32,000 nt of DNA from Candidatus Methylomirabilis limnetica (GCF_003044035.1 NZ_NVQC01000016.1:60001-92000); one strand, 5' to 3'; counted from the first letter of the stretch, positions 8,494-16,655 are shown. Made by a program: numbers and translations. Notes: a model not told the origin generated them from the letters alone.

Positions 8494-9440
8494 AAACGGT
8501 ACGCATTAACCTGGGAGAGACCGAACACCAGGAGCAACACTACGATCCGCGAGGGGTGAACGTGCAGCCTGGTGACCAGGTGGTGGTCGAGACCAAGTGG
8601 GGACAGGGGCTGGGTCGAGTATTCGCCACTTTCTCGATGTTTCCCCATCAAAAAATCACGGAACCACTCCCGGCCGTCCTCCGATTGGCAACCACTCGGG
8701 ATCGCGCCAACGAGGAACGGATCAAGCGCCTGGAATTGGAAGGGAAAGCCTCCTGCTTGCGGAAGATCACAGAACGGAAACTGCCGATGAAGCTGGTTGA
8801 TGTCAAGGCGAGCTTCGACCGGAGCAGGGTGACCTTTTACTTCTACGCCGACGCGCGGGTTGATTTCCGCGACCTGGTGAAGGAGTTGGCCCAGCAGTTT
8901 CACACCCGTATCGAGATGCGACAGATCCGTGCCAGGGACGTGGCCAGCAAGCTGGGCTGCGTTGGTCCGTGCGGCCGACAGCTCTGCTGCAAGACCTTTC
9001 TGAAAGAGTATGAACCGGTCTCAGTCCGGATGGCCAAAGACCAGGGCCTCCCCCTGAATCCGAGTAAGCTGGCGGGGATGTGCGGGCGGCTCAAGTGCTG
9101 TCTTCGCTATGAGCACTCAATGTATGAGGAGATGAAGCGGCGTCTGCCCAAGGTTGGTTCCCCCGTTGAGGCGCCTGCGGGATTAGGGATTGTGAGGGCG
9201 AGGAACATCCTGGCTGAATCGGTGGTGGTCGAACTGGAAGACAAGACGCAGATCACCGTGAAGGCGGCTGACCTGATCCACATCGGTCCCCCCCTGGACG
9301 ATACTACATCGCCCCGGGGCGGTTGCGGTGGCGGAGGCGGGGGTGGTGGCTGCAGCAGTGGCGGTGGCGGTGGGGGAGGCGGTGGCTGCAGCAGTGGCGG
9401 CTGCGGGGTGAGCTCTGCGCCGGACCGCAACAATATATGA
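8490..9440 (+). CDS. ricT: PSP1 C-terminal domain protein (YaaT/RicT family) with Gly/Cys-rich tail
   Basis: VTFYFYADARVDFRDLVKELAQQFHTRIEMRQI..RD....LG..G.CGRQLCC..FL..Y.PVS.RMAKDQ.L.LNPSK..G.CGRLKCCLRYE. It sits directly after holB, as in Firmicutes. The tail is GGCGGGGGGGGCSSGGGGGGGGGCSSGGCG. Confidence 0.88.
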   Translation: MKTVRINLGETEHQEQHYDPRGVNVQPGDQVVVETKWGQGLGRVFATFSMFPHQKITEPLPAVLRLATTRDRANEERIKRLELEGKASCLRKITERKLPMKLVDVKASFDRSRVTFYFYADARVDFRDLVKELAQQFHTRIEMRQIRARDVASKLGCVGPCGRQLCCKTFLKEYEPVSVRMAKDQGLPLNPSKLAGMCGRLKCCLRYEHSMYEEMKRRLPKVGSPVEAPAGLGIVRARNILAESVVVELEDKTQITVKAADLIHIGPPLDDTTSPRGGCGGGGGGGGCSSGGGGGGGGGCSSGGCGVSSAPDRNNI

Positions 9441-11401
9441 GTAACGAGACCTTCTACCTGACCACACCAATCTACTATGTCAACGCCACCCCGCATCTGG
9501 GACACGCCTACACCACCATCCTGGCCGATACGATGGCCCGCTTCCAGAAGCTCCGACTGGGGCCTGAGCGGGTCTATTTCCTGACTGGTACCGACGAGCA
9601 CGGCGACAAGATCGCCCAGGCGGCCACACAGACCGGCGAGAGCCCACAGGCCTATGCCGACCGGATCAGCGGCATCTTTCAGGAGACGTGGAGGCGACTG
9701 GGACTTGCGCCGAACCAGTTCATTCGCACAACCAGCGAACCTCATAAGCGTGCCGTACAGCGGCTGCTACAGCAGATCTATGATTCCGGGGACATCTATT
9801 TTGGGGAGTACGGCGGCCAGTACTGCTTTGGCTGCGAACGATTCTACACCGAGAAGGAACTTCAGGATGGCCGATGCCCCGATCATCAGACAACCCCGAC
9901 CTTTATCAAGGAGCAGAACTACTTCTTTCGGATGGGGAAGTACCAGGATTGGCTGATCGATCACATTCGCCACCACCCCGACTTCATTCGGCCGGAGCGC
10001 TTTAGAAACGAGGTCCTATCCTTTCTGAAAGACCCGCTGGAAGACCTCTGTATCTCGCGGCCTCGGACTCGCCTGGAGTGGGGGATCCCGCTCCCCTTTG
10101 ACGCCCAGTATGTCACCTATGTCTGGTTCGATGCCCTCGTCAACTACATCTCGGCCCCAGGCTGGCCCGATGGCGAGGTGTTCCAGCGTTTCTGGCCAAG
10201 CGCCCAGCATCTGATCGCCAAGGATATTCTGAAACCGCATGCTATCTACTGGCCGATCATGCTGAAGGCGGCCGGACTCCCGCTGTATCGCCACTTGAAC
10301 GTCCACGGCTACTGGAAGATCGAAGAGGCCAAGATGTCCAAGAGTAGGGGCTCGGTCGTCCGCCCTCTTGATCTGGCTGACAAGTACGGCGTCGATGCCT
10401 TTCGCTATTTCGTGTTGCGGGAGATGACGTTCGGCTTGGATGCCAGCTTCAGCGAGGAGGCACTTGTGGCCCGACTGAATGCGGACCTGGCCAACGACCT
10501 GGGGAATCTCTACAGCCGTGTCCTGAAGCTGATCCAGCGATACTATGACGGCAGGATTTCCGAATTGCCTGGTGAGCGTGGGCTTGCTGATGCCACGCGC
10601 GTCGCCGTCATGGGCGTGACAGCCGCGACGGAACGCTTTGCATTCAGTGAGGCGCTGGCGGCCATCTGGAATCTGGTCTCGGCCACGAACAAATACCTGG
10701 TGACCAACGAACCGTGGAAGGCGGACCCAGAGGATGCTCAAACAAAAGCGGTCCTGTTTAGCGCAGCCGAGACCCTCCGGGCGATCGCTATTCTTCTGTG
10801 GCCGTTTCTTCCTCAGACCGCAGAACGTATGCTCCAGGGTCTGGGCGTCTCAGAGCCGCTCACATCGATTCACTTCGATGAACTGCTGTCATCATCGTGG
10901 CATCTCGGGTCACAGGAGCGACGAGTCCAAGAGGTGGAGCCTCTCTTTCCCCGTATCGAGGTGACTGTTCCCCGCTTAAAACCTGCGGGGACAGGCGCCA
11001 AGCCGTTACCTCAAAAGTCCCCCCCACTCGTCCCCTCCCCCTCCGAGGGGGGAGAGTTGGGGGAGGGGTGCATCGAACAGATCACCATCGAGGAGTTTCG
11101 GCGCATCGACCTGCGCGTCGCGGAAGTGATCGAGGCGGTCGCGATCCCCGGCTCGAAGAAGCTGGTCAAGCTGCGGGTGAGGCTTCAGGACGAGGAGCGG
11201 ATCGTGGTGGCTGGCCTGAAGGAGCCGTATCCGCCGGAAAGCTGGGCGGGGAAGCGAGTCATCCTGGTGGCCAACCTCAGGCCAACCAAACTGATGGGGA
11301 TCGCCTCTCAAGGGATGGTGCTGGCCGCCGAAGACGAGTCAGGCCGGATCGTGCTACTCACTCCGGAACAGCCAATCTCCTCTGGTTCCAAGGTCCGCTA
11401 G
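9437..11401 (+). CDS. metG: Methionine--tRNA ligase with C-terminal tRNA-binding (Trbp111/EMAP-like) domain
   Basis: MSNETFYLTTPIYYVNATPHLGHAYT (HIGH region), KMSKSRG (KMSKS), and a C-terminal block ITIEEFRRIDLRVAEVIEA...KLVKL...VVAGL...LVANL.P.KLMGI.SQGMVLAA. The start ATG overlaps the ricT stop (ATGA). The ORF-track start at 9323 is an out-of-frame read-through of the Gly-rich repeat. Confidence 0.95.
   Translation: MSNETFYLTTPIYYVNATPHLGHAYTTILADTMARFQKLRLGPERVYFLTGTDEHGDKIAQAATQTGESPQAYADRISGIFQETWRRLGLAPNQFIRTTSEPHKRAVQRLLQQIYDSGDIYFGEYGGQYCFGCERFYTEKELQDGRCPDHQTTPTFIKEQNYFFRMGKYQDWLIDHIRHHPDFIRPERFRNEVLSFLKDPLEDLCISRPRTRLEWGIPLPFDAQYVTYVWFDALVNYISAPGWPDGEVFQRFWPSAQHLIAKDILKPHAIYWPIMLKAAGLPLYRHLNVHGYWKIEEAKMSKSRGSVVRPLDLADKYGVDAFRYFVLREMTFGLDASFSEEALVARLNADLANDLGNLYSRVLKLIQRYYDGRISELPGERGLADATRVAVMGVTAATERFAFSEALAAIWNLVSATNKYLVTNEPWKADPEDAQTKAVLFSAAETLRAIAILLWPFLPQTAERMLQGLGVSEPLTSIHFDELLSSSWHLGSQERRVQEVEPLFPRIEVTVPRLKPAGTGAKPLPQKSPPLVPSPSEGGELGEGCIEQITIEEFRRIDLRVAEVIEAVAIPGSKKLVKLRVRLQDEERIVVAGLKEPYPPESWAGKRVILVANLRPTKLMGIASQGMVLAAEDESGRIVLLTPEQPISSGSKVR
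11018..11070. repeat. GC-rich REP-like hairpin element lying in frame in the metG interdomain linker
   Basis: cccctcccc (11032-11040) pairs with ggggagggg (11060-11068), and ctccccc pairs with gggggag. It is translated as PLVPSPSEGGELGEGC. The same motif family occurs in the intergenic copies at 1043 and 11450. Confidence 0.7.
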
Positions 11402-11449
11402 CATACTATCACCCATCTTTGGCCCGATTTGGGGGGCCATTAAGAAATT

Positions 11450-11488
11450 CCCTCTCCCTGAAGGGAGAGGGCAAGGGTGAGGGTGAGC
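11450..11488. repeat. REP-like hairpin downstream of metG (possible terminator)
   Basis: Perfect 9-bp stem ccctctccc/tgaa/gggagaggg followed by caagggtgagggtgag. No U-tract. Confidence 0.7.
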
Positions 11489-11536
11489 AAGGGCGGTCCT
11501 CCTCACGACTGTAAAGGCAAACGCAACAGGATATGT

Positions 11537-12307
11537 ATGTTTATTGACACTCACGCCCATATCCAGATGCGGGAGTTCGATGCCGACCGAGTCGAAGCGC
11601 TCACGCGGGCCGAGGCTGCCGGGATCGGCCTGATGCTCGCGGTCGGGTATCACCTTGAGTCGAGCCGGCAAGCAGTGGAGGCGGCGGGCCGTTACCCGCA
11701 GGTCTACGCAAGCGTCGGCATCCATCCCCACGACGCTAACGGTTACGATGATGCGGCGGAAGAGACCCTTCGGGCCCTCGCCACGCAGCCCAAGGTTGTG
11801 GCCATCGGCGAAGCGGGCCTCGACTTCTTTCGCAACCGCTCGCCGCACTCTGTTCAGGCTGAGGCGTTTCGCCGTCAGATTCGCCTGGCCAGGGAGCTGG
11901 ATCTGCCGCTCATCGTCCACGATCGTGAAGCCGATCGCGACACGATGCAGATCCTGGAGGCAGAAGGGGTAGAGCGTGTGGTCCTGCACTGCTTCTCCGG
12001 CGATCTCGCGATGGCTGAAGAGGCCTGGCGGAGAGGCTACTACGTCTCAATCGCCGGTCCGGTCACCTATCCCAAGAACGAGGCCCTCCGCGAGGTCGTA
12101 CGGAAGGCCAATACGGATCGCCTCCTCTTGGAGACCGACTGCCCCTATCTCCCACCCCAAGCGTTCCGAGGCCAGCGGAACGAGCCAGCCCATCTCCTTC
12201 ACACCGCCCAAGAGGTCGCCAGGCTCCTGAATATGCCGCTCATCGAGCTAGGTTGCCTCACCAGCGAGAATGCCCGCCGCCTGTTCCGACTCCCTCCATT
12301 GGAATGA
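11537..12307 (+). CDS. tatD: TatD-family metal-dependent hydrolase/DNase (YabD/YcfH-like)
   Basis: MFIDTHAHI, VGIHPHDA, AIGEAGLDF, PLIVHDREA, VVLHCFSG, LLLETDCPYL. It lies downstream of metG, as in many bacteria. The ORF-track start at 11477 is upstream of the conserved N-terminus. Confidence 0.93.
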   Translation: MFIDTHAHIQMREFDADRVEALTRAEAAGIGLMLAVGYHLESSRQAVEAAGRYPQVYASVGIHPHDANGYDDAAEETLRALATQPKVVAIGEAGLDFFRNRSPHSVQAEAFRRQIRLARELDLPLIVHDREADRDTMQILEAEGVERVVLHCFSGDLAMAEEAWRRGYYVSIAGPVTYPKNEALREVVRKANTDRLLLETDCPYLPPQAFRGQRNEPAHLLHTAQEVARLLNMPLIELGCLTSENARRLFRLPPLE

Positions 12308-12531
12308 GTATCGCTCGTGCTTCCATTGCCCACCCTTTGTACTTATGACATAATGCCTGGTGTATCAGGATAGGAGAGTGCAGCGCGGCGGCTATGGATA
12401 GGCGGAGAGCCCTGTCCGCCGCCAGACGACAGTCCTGAAGAGACTAGTCGCATCCGGTCGGCGCTCATCGAAACAGGGTTGACTGTACGAGAAGGGTACT
12501 TGCTCTGAGTACGAGCACTGGAGAGAGGCAC

Positions 12532-12777
12532 ATGAGGCAAGTAGATCTAATGAAGCGCATTACGGCCAATCCGAGGATTTTGGGAGGGAAACCGATCATT
12601 CGCGGAACGCGGATTTCGGTAGAATTTATTTTGGAATTGCTTGCATCAGGGGCCACCGAACCCGAAATCTTACAAGACTACCCCCACCTGAAGTCGAACG
12701 ACATCATGGCATGCCTGCAGTATGCCGCCCGGTCTTCGCAGAACGAGATATACGTGGATCTGGAGAAGGTTGGGTGA
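12532..12777 (+). CDS. DUF433 domain protein (putative antitoxin)
   Basis: ITANPRILGGKPIIRGTRISVEFILELLASGATEPEILQDYPHL...DI.ACLQYA is the DUF433 signature. Its stop overlaps the GTG of the next ORF (GTGA). Confidence 0.85.
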   Translation: MRQVDLMKRITANPRILGGKPIIRGTRISVEFILELLASGATEPEILQDYPHLKSNDIMACLQYAARSSQNEIYVDLEKVG

Positions 12778-12998
12778 GGCCTGGTACGCTCAGGTTCTTG
12801 ACCGATGAGAATGTCTCGCCTCGCCTGGTCGCGCCCTATCTCCCCCCCCAAGCCTTCCGAGGCCAGCGTAACGAGCCGGCCCATCTCCTGCACACCGCCC
12901 AAGAGGTTGCTAAGCTCTTGAATATGCCGCCGACTGAGCTCGGCCGCCTCACCACCGACAACGCCCGCCGCCTGTTGCGACTCCCTCCATTGGAATAA
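12774..12998 (+). pseudogene. Chimeric ORF: first ~20 codons of a DUF5615-type (PIN-like) toxin fused in frame to a duplicated TatD C-terminus
   Basis: The N-terminus LRFLTDENVSPRLVA resembles a DUF5615 start. From PYLPPQAFRGQRNEPAHLLHTAQEVAKLLNM...RLPPLE* onward it copies the last 54 aa of TatD. Confidence 0.75.
12834..12998 (+). repeat. Diverged direct repeat of the tatD 3' end (partner 12143-12307)
   Basis: 165-nt colinear match by eye, with 8 of 54 encoded residues differing. Both copies end in ccattggaatga / ccattggaataa. Confidence 0.85.
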
Positions 12999-13010
12999 TT
13001 GTCAACTCAA

Positions 13011-13703
13011 TTACGAATTGGAATAGTGCACCCTTAGCGTAAACTCGCTCAGTAGAGTCCAACACTTATCGTTATTCTTGATCAGACCTTTTTCTTCCGT
13101 AGAGCTTACGAATACGAAGCCAAAATTAGTCTTCGTCCCAGTTGCCCACGCTTTGACCACATCGGTCACATCGATGCTGATTACGGAGCCCATAGGCTTC
13201 TCGGGGAGATCGTTCTTGTAAGGGTCTCCAGAAATGGTGTCTGGCGCCTTCGCGATCTCCACCTCGGGCATGCCATGCCATTCATCTTTCGCGAGCAAGA
13301 GCCTTAACGCACATAATTCTGGGAATCTTTTGTTCAGTGGCCTCACACCGCTCTTAATCGTGTAGTTCAGGGTAGCCTTGGTGACAGTCTTTGCCGGAGA
13401 CTCGTTCAGCGGATCCACATTGAATTTCACGGCGCCTCGGTAGATGTGATTCTGTATTCGCATACTAAAATCGTCAACCGTTCGAAAAAAGTGTTCCCAA
13501 CCCACTACAACGCCAACTGTTCCTTGTTTATAAAGCGCAATAGTCGCGTCTCCCGCCAATCCGACCTTGCCCTCACCCTGGAATTCAACATGATTGGAAC
13601 TTCCAACTTTTGTCGGCCCGGAAAGGTTGCTTTTGCAGGCGCCGAGCAACGGCAAAAGCACTAAAGCCAATAACATCCGTAGCCAAAATATTCTCATTTG
13701 CAT
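13011..13703 (-). CDS. Lipoprotein of unknown function, in a visibly AT-richer segment
   Basis: Signal peptide plus lipobox (LLPLLGAC). AAGGAG lies 7 nt upstream of the ATG. A C-terminal stretch ISIDVTDVVKAWATGTKTNFGFVF faintly resembles DNRLRE-type domains. Base composition differs clearly from the flanks. Confidence 0.7.
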   Translation of the reverse strand: MQMRIFWLRMLLALVLLPLLGACKSNLSGPTKVGSSNHVEFQGEGKVGLAGDATIALYKQGTVGVVVGWEHFFRTVDDFSMRIQNHIYRGAVKFNVDPLNESPAKTVTKATLNYTIKSGVRPLNKRFPELCALRLLLAKDEWHGMPEVEIAKAPDTISGDPYKNDLPEKPMGSVISIDVTDVVKAWATGTKTNFGFVFVSSTEEKGLIKNNDKCWTLLSEFTLRVHYSNS

Positions 13704-13736
13704 GTTTCATCTCCTTGATTTGCGAGAAGGATATTA

Positions 13737-13917
13737 TCGAGCATTGAGCAACACGCCGGCGTCAGTGAGCCGCCCGGCAAAGGCGGTGCTGGTGAACTGC
13801 GATCCCTGGTCGGAGGTGAAGAGCATCGGCGTCGCGATCGACATGGCTCGCTCCGCGCCGTCAGACAGAATCGGGTCTCCATCGCGATGGAGCTCTTCCG
13901 GGACAGCACGTCGCTGC
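13737..13917 (-). pseudogene. Fragment of an IS3-family (rve/DDE) transposase
   Basis: The minus-strand translation ...ILSDGAERAMSIATPMLFTSDQGSQFTSTAFAGRLTDAGVLLN matches the HSDxGSQ(F/Y)TS..F...L...G core of IS3 OrfB. Only ~60 aa remain, with no N-terminal or C-terminal parts. Confidence 0.65.
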
Positions 13918-13960
13918 TGGGCCAGTCTAGGCTCTCTGCCCCTGTTATACATATTACTCA

Positions 13961-14101
13961 GAGCATAAAATAGCTTACCCCCCTTTAGCAAAGGGGGGTA
14001 AGGGGGGTTTTGAACTATCGGTACAAACCCCCTCAATCCCCCTTTCGTAAAGGGGGAAGTTGCTGGAGATGTTGTGCGAGAGTGCAATCTATTTTATGCT
14101 C
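13961..14101. repeat. Small palindromic element with 13-bp perfect terminal inverted repeat enclosing REP-like hairpins
   Basis: gagcataaaatag (13961-13973) / ctattttatgctc (14089-14101). The interior holds ccccc-tttagcaaa-ggggg and ccccctttcgtaaaggggg hairpins. Confidence 0.7.
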
Positions 14102-14135
14102 CCCGTAATAACAATGTAGGTCATGTCCCGTTTAT

Positions 14136-14245
14136 CATTCCGGGCTCGACAAGCCTGCCCCGTACTTGATACGGGGGAATCCAGTTTCTCTCTGGTTTCC
14201 CGCTCCCGGCTTATAACGTGCCGGGACAGGCTTTGCGGGAATGAC
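14136..14245. repeat. MITE-like element, family cattccggg...gacaagcctgcccc...gcgggaatga (copy 1 of 3)
   Basis: tcattccgggctcgacaagcctgccccgtacttgatacggggg...ccgggacaggctttgcgggaatgac has imperfectly inverted ends. Related copies lie at 16334-16420 and 20267-20367. Confidence 0.7.
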
Positions 14246-14305
14246 GGACTTTGCGGTGATTAACCTCGCCGTGTTTAGAAAGCGTTGCCCGGCCTGTCTA
14301 AGCGC

Positions 14306-15295
14306 CTACGAGCGCCTGCCTAACAGTGTGAGACCATAGTGGGCGGCGCCGATCAGCGGCGTGCGTAGGTTCAATGAGACCTTCACTTCGATTGACTGAA
14401 GCAGTTCAGCGAAGCGCCCCTTGTCGGAGAAGGCATTGGTGAACGTGCCGTCTTGAAGTTTGGATAAAAGCTTCGGCGCGATCCCGCCACCGACATACAC
14501 CCCACCAATCGCGAGGGCCTTCAGGACCAGATTTCCCGCCTCTGCTCCGTAAATAGAGCAGAAAAGATCGAGCGCTTTCGTGCAGAGCAGGTCGTCCCCT
14601 GTCAGCCCGATCTCCGAAATCATGGCGCCAGGGTCATTCTCCGCGATCCGAGTTCGCAGCCACTCTGGCTCGGGGGCTATGCCGCTGTCCCGGAGGAACC
14701 GATAGATGTTGAAGAGCCCTGGACCGGACAGCACGCGCTCGTAGCTGACGCGGCCACGCTCCCGTTGCAGATAGCGGAGCAGGTCGATCTCCATGTCGCT
14801 GCGTGGGGCAAAGTCGGCGTGGCCGCCCTCAGTGGCCATGGGGTGATACCGCGCCCCGTCCCAGTACAGGATTGCCTCCCCCAGACCTGTCCCGGCTGCG
14901 ATGACGGCGATGTTCCCCTTTCGCTGAAGACCAGGTTGAAGCACACACAGGTCGGTCGGCTCGAGGTGGAGCATCCCGTAGGCTGCTGCTTCCAGATCGT
15001 TCAGGAGCTTCACTCGCGGAACGCGAAGGACTTCCGCCAGTCTGCGCTCATCCAACTCCCAGGGGAGGTTTGTGGCTTTACTCTGTCCTTCGATCACCGG
15101 TCCGGCCACCCCGAAGCAGGCCGCGTGTAGTGGCGGGCGAGATCCAGGTCCCATGAATTGATCCAGGACCGCCTCCAGCGACCCGTAACTCTGGCTGGGG
15201 AACGTTTCTTCACGGATGGCTTGCAGGCAAGTTGGCGTCTCCTCGAAGAGGCCGATAATGGTCTTCGTCCCACCGATGTCGCCAGCCAGGATCAT
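14306..15295 (-). CDS. glk: Glucokinase
   Basis: MILAGDIGGTKT, the AAGTGLGEA pattern (VIAAGTGLGEAIL), EGGH.DFAP, ER..SG.GL, GGVYVGGGIAPK. Confidence 0.92.
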   Translation of the reverse strand: MILAGDIGGTKTIIGLFEETPTCLQAIREETFPSQSYGSLEAVLDQFMGPGSRPPLHAACFGVAGPVIEGQSKATNLPWELDERRLAEVLRVPRVKLLNDLEAAAYGMLHLEPTDLCVLQPGLQRKGNIAVIAAGTGLGEAILYWDGARYHPMATEGGHADFAPRSDMEIDLLRYLQRERGRVSYERVLSGPGLFNIYRFLRDSGIAPEPEWLRTRIAENDPGAMISEIGLTGDDLLCTKALDLFCSIYGAEAGNLVLKALAIGGVYVGGGIAPKLLSKLQDGTFTNAFSDKGRFAELLQSIEVKVSLNLRTPLIGAAHYGLTLLGRRS

Positions 15296-16071
15296 GGGAC
15301 CTTCTCGCCGAGTCGGCTGGCGGCGGCCTGGTCAACAAGCCACAGCAATCGACCAGCTACCGGCCGGATGAGTTGGGCCGGGAGCCGCTCTGGGTCCGGC
15401 GGCCCTTCCAGAACTGCCTGGAGAACAGCGGCCTTCTCCCCTCCTGATACGAGGAACAGGATTGCTGACGCTCGATTGAGGATGGGTGGCGTCAGTGTCA
15501 GGCGATTCGTCTTCAGCTCAGGGATGTAGTTGGGCGCCACCCACCGCGTGGCCTCTTGAAGCGCGTGGGAGTACGGAAACAGCGAAGCGGTGTGACCGTC
15601 AGGCCCCAACCCCAGAAGAATAAGGTCGAACATCGGCGGCTCATCTGTTGGTCGTATCTCGAAAACCTTGGCGATTTCGGACTCGTACTCGCTGGCCGCC
15701 GCATCCAGGTCTGTCCGCTCGGCCTGCATCCGATGCACTTGGTTCGCGGGTATCGGAACGCGACTGAGCAGAGTAGCCCTTGCCATGCCGAAGTTCGAGT
15801 CCGGGTGCTCCGGCGGCGCCGCCCGCTCGTCGCCCCAGAAGATGTGAGTCCCTCGCCACGGCAGGCGAGTGCAGTACGGCTCAGCCGTCAGGAGCGAGTA
15901 GAGGCGCTTCGGGGTCGAGCCGCCTGCCAGGGCAACGGTGAAGCGTCCACAGCGGGCCACCGCCTTATCGGCGATCGCGACGACTTGCTTCGCGGCCTCC
16001 TGGGCGACAGCAGCGAAATCGGACACTACCAGTAGGTCGACCTCGTGCCTCAGTATCTGCCCGGTTTTCAT
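15292..16071 (-). CDS. pgl: 6-phosphogluconolactonase
   Basis: ALAGGSTPKRLY, W....IFWGDER, FDLILLGLGPDGHTASLFP, L.LT.P.L. It overlaps glk by 4 nt. Confidence 0.92.
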   Translation of the reverse strand: MKTGQILRHEVDLLVVSDFAAVAQEAAKQVVAIADKAVARCGRFTVALAGGSTPKRLYSLLTAEPYCTRLPWRGTHIFWGDERAAPPEHPDSNFGMARATLLSRVPIPANQVHRMQAERTDLDAAASEYESEIAKVFEIRPTDEPPMFDLILLGLGPDGHTASLFPYSHALQEATRWVAPNYIPELKTNRLTLTPPILNRASAILFLVSGGEKAAVLQAVLEGPPDPERLPAQLIRPVAGRLLWLVDQAAASRLGEKVP

Positions 16072-16114
16072 CGGTTCTGGGATCTCCCGACCTCCGCCTT
16101 TACCAATGGGTTCA

Positions 16115-16296
16115 GTAACTACTCAGGTGTTTAGGCTGTAGGCTGAAGGCTGTTAGCCATTGCGCATGGACCGAATCAAGAAGCCCAGAACCTTTTCGGT
16201 CTCCATCATGTTCGCGTCGCATTCTGAAAACGCCTGGCTCATCCGTGCGCGTTCCTACAGTCTAAAAGACTACAGTCTATCTACCTGAGTAGTTAC
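16115..16296. mobile_element. 182-bp miniature inverted-repeat element A with 8-bp target duplication and an internal relic of a four-helix-bundle (23S IVS protein/Avd family) gene tail
   Basis: TIR gtaactactcaggt / acctgagtagttac (14 bp perfect, ~29 bp imperfect). Subterminal heptamers (ctgtagg, ctgaagg / cctacag). Flanking direct repeat TGGGTTCA (16107-16114 and 16297-16304). The minus-strand relic reads ...FSECDANMMETEKVLGFLIRSMRNG*. Confidence 0.8.
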
Positions 16297-16333
16297 TGGG
16301 TTCATAAGTAACAAAACGTATCACAACTGTTTT

Positions 16334-16420
16334 GTCATTCCGGGCTTGACAAGCCTGCCCAGTACTTGATACTGGGGAATCCGGTGTATTCAGCCTGGAT
16401 CCCTGCTTGTGCGGGAATGG
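16334..16420. repeat. MITE-like element, cattccggg family (copy 2)
   Basis: gtcattccgggcttgacaagcctgcccagtacttgatactggggaat...cttgtgcgggaatgg. Confidence 0.65.
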
Positions 16421-16547
16421 CACGGTGTCGCCTGGCTTGTACACGCCTGACAATGTTGCTTCACGCAGGACTATGGAGAACCTACGCCTGCCGTATTGGC
16501 GTGTCAAGCAGATGATCGTGCCCCGGATGGGCGCAGCAGGCGGCCCC
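16421..16547 (+). repeat. Conserved ~127-nt block (copy 1; partner 20368-20496) preceding the promoter/leader module
   Basis: ggtgtcgcctg.cttgt.cac.cctga...gagaacctacgcctgccgt.ttggcgtgtcaa.cagat.atcgtgccccggatgggcg.agcaggcggccccc is shared by both copies with scattered substitutions. Confidence 0.7.
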
Positions 16548-16655
16548 CCACTTTTCCTTGACCGGGAGGGAGGGGGGGACGTTCTAATCTGCGCTGTCTG
16601 TGTGTGCCCCGGTTACTAGGCCGGGGCATGGAGCAACTTTCCTAGGAGGGAGTAG
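16548..16655 (+). promoter_or_regulatory. Promoter/leader module copy a (TTGACC, interrupted G-tract, TAATCT, stem-loop, AGGAGG)
   Basis: It aligns with 17797-17901 and 20646-20750. Here the G-tract reads GGGAGGGAGGGGGGG, putting 21 nt between TTGACC and TAATCT. Perfect 8-bp stem tgccccgg/ccggggca. Confidence 0.5.

Noticed and set aside
12308-12531. Possible structured RNA or riboswitch in the 225-nt leader of the DUF433 gene (gcggcgg...ccgccgc hairpin; TTGCCC-N17-CATAAT at 12326-12354)
   Set aside because: Only one copy is available, it matches no riboswitch consensus I know, and the pairing could be incidental. The promoter guess is plausible but unsupported.
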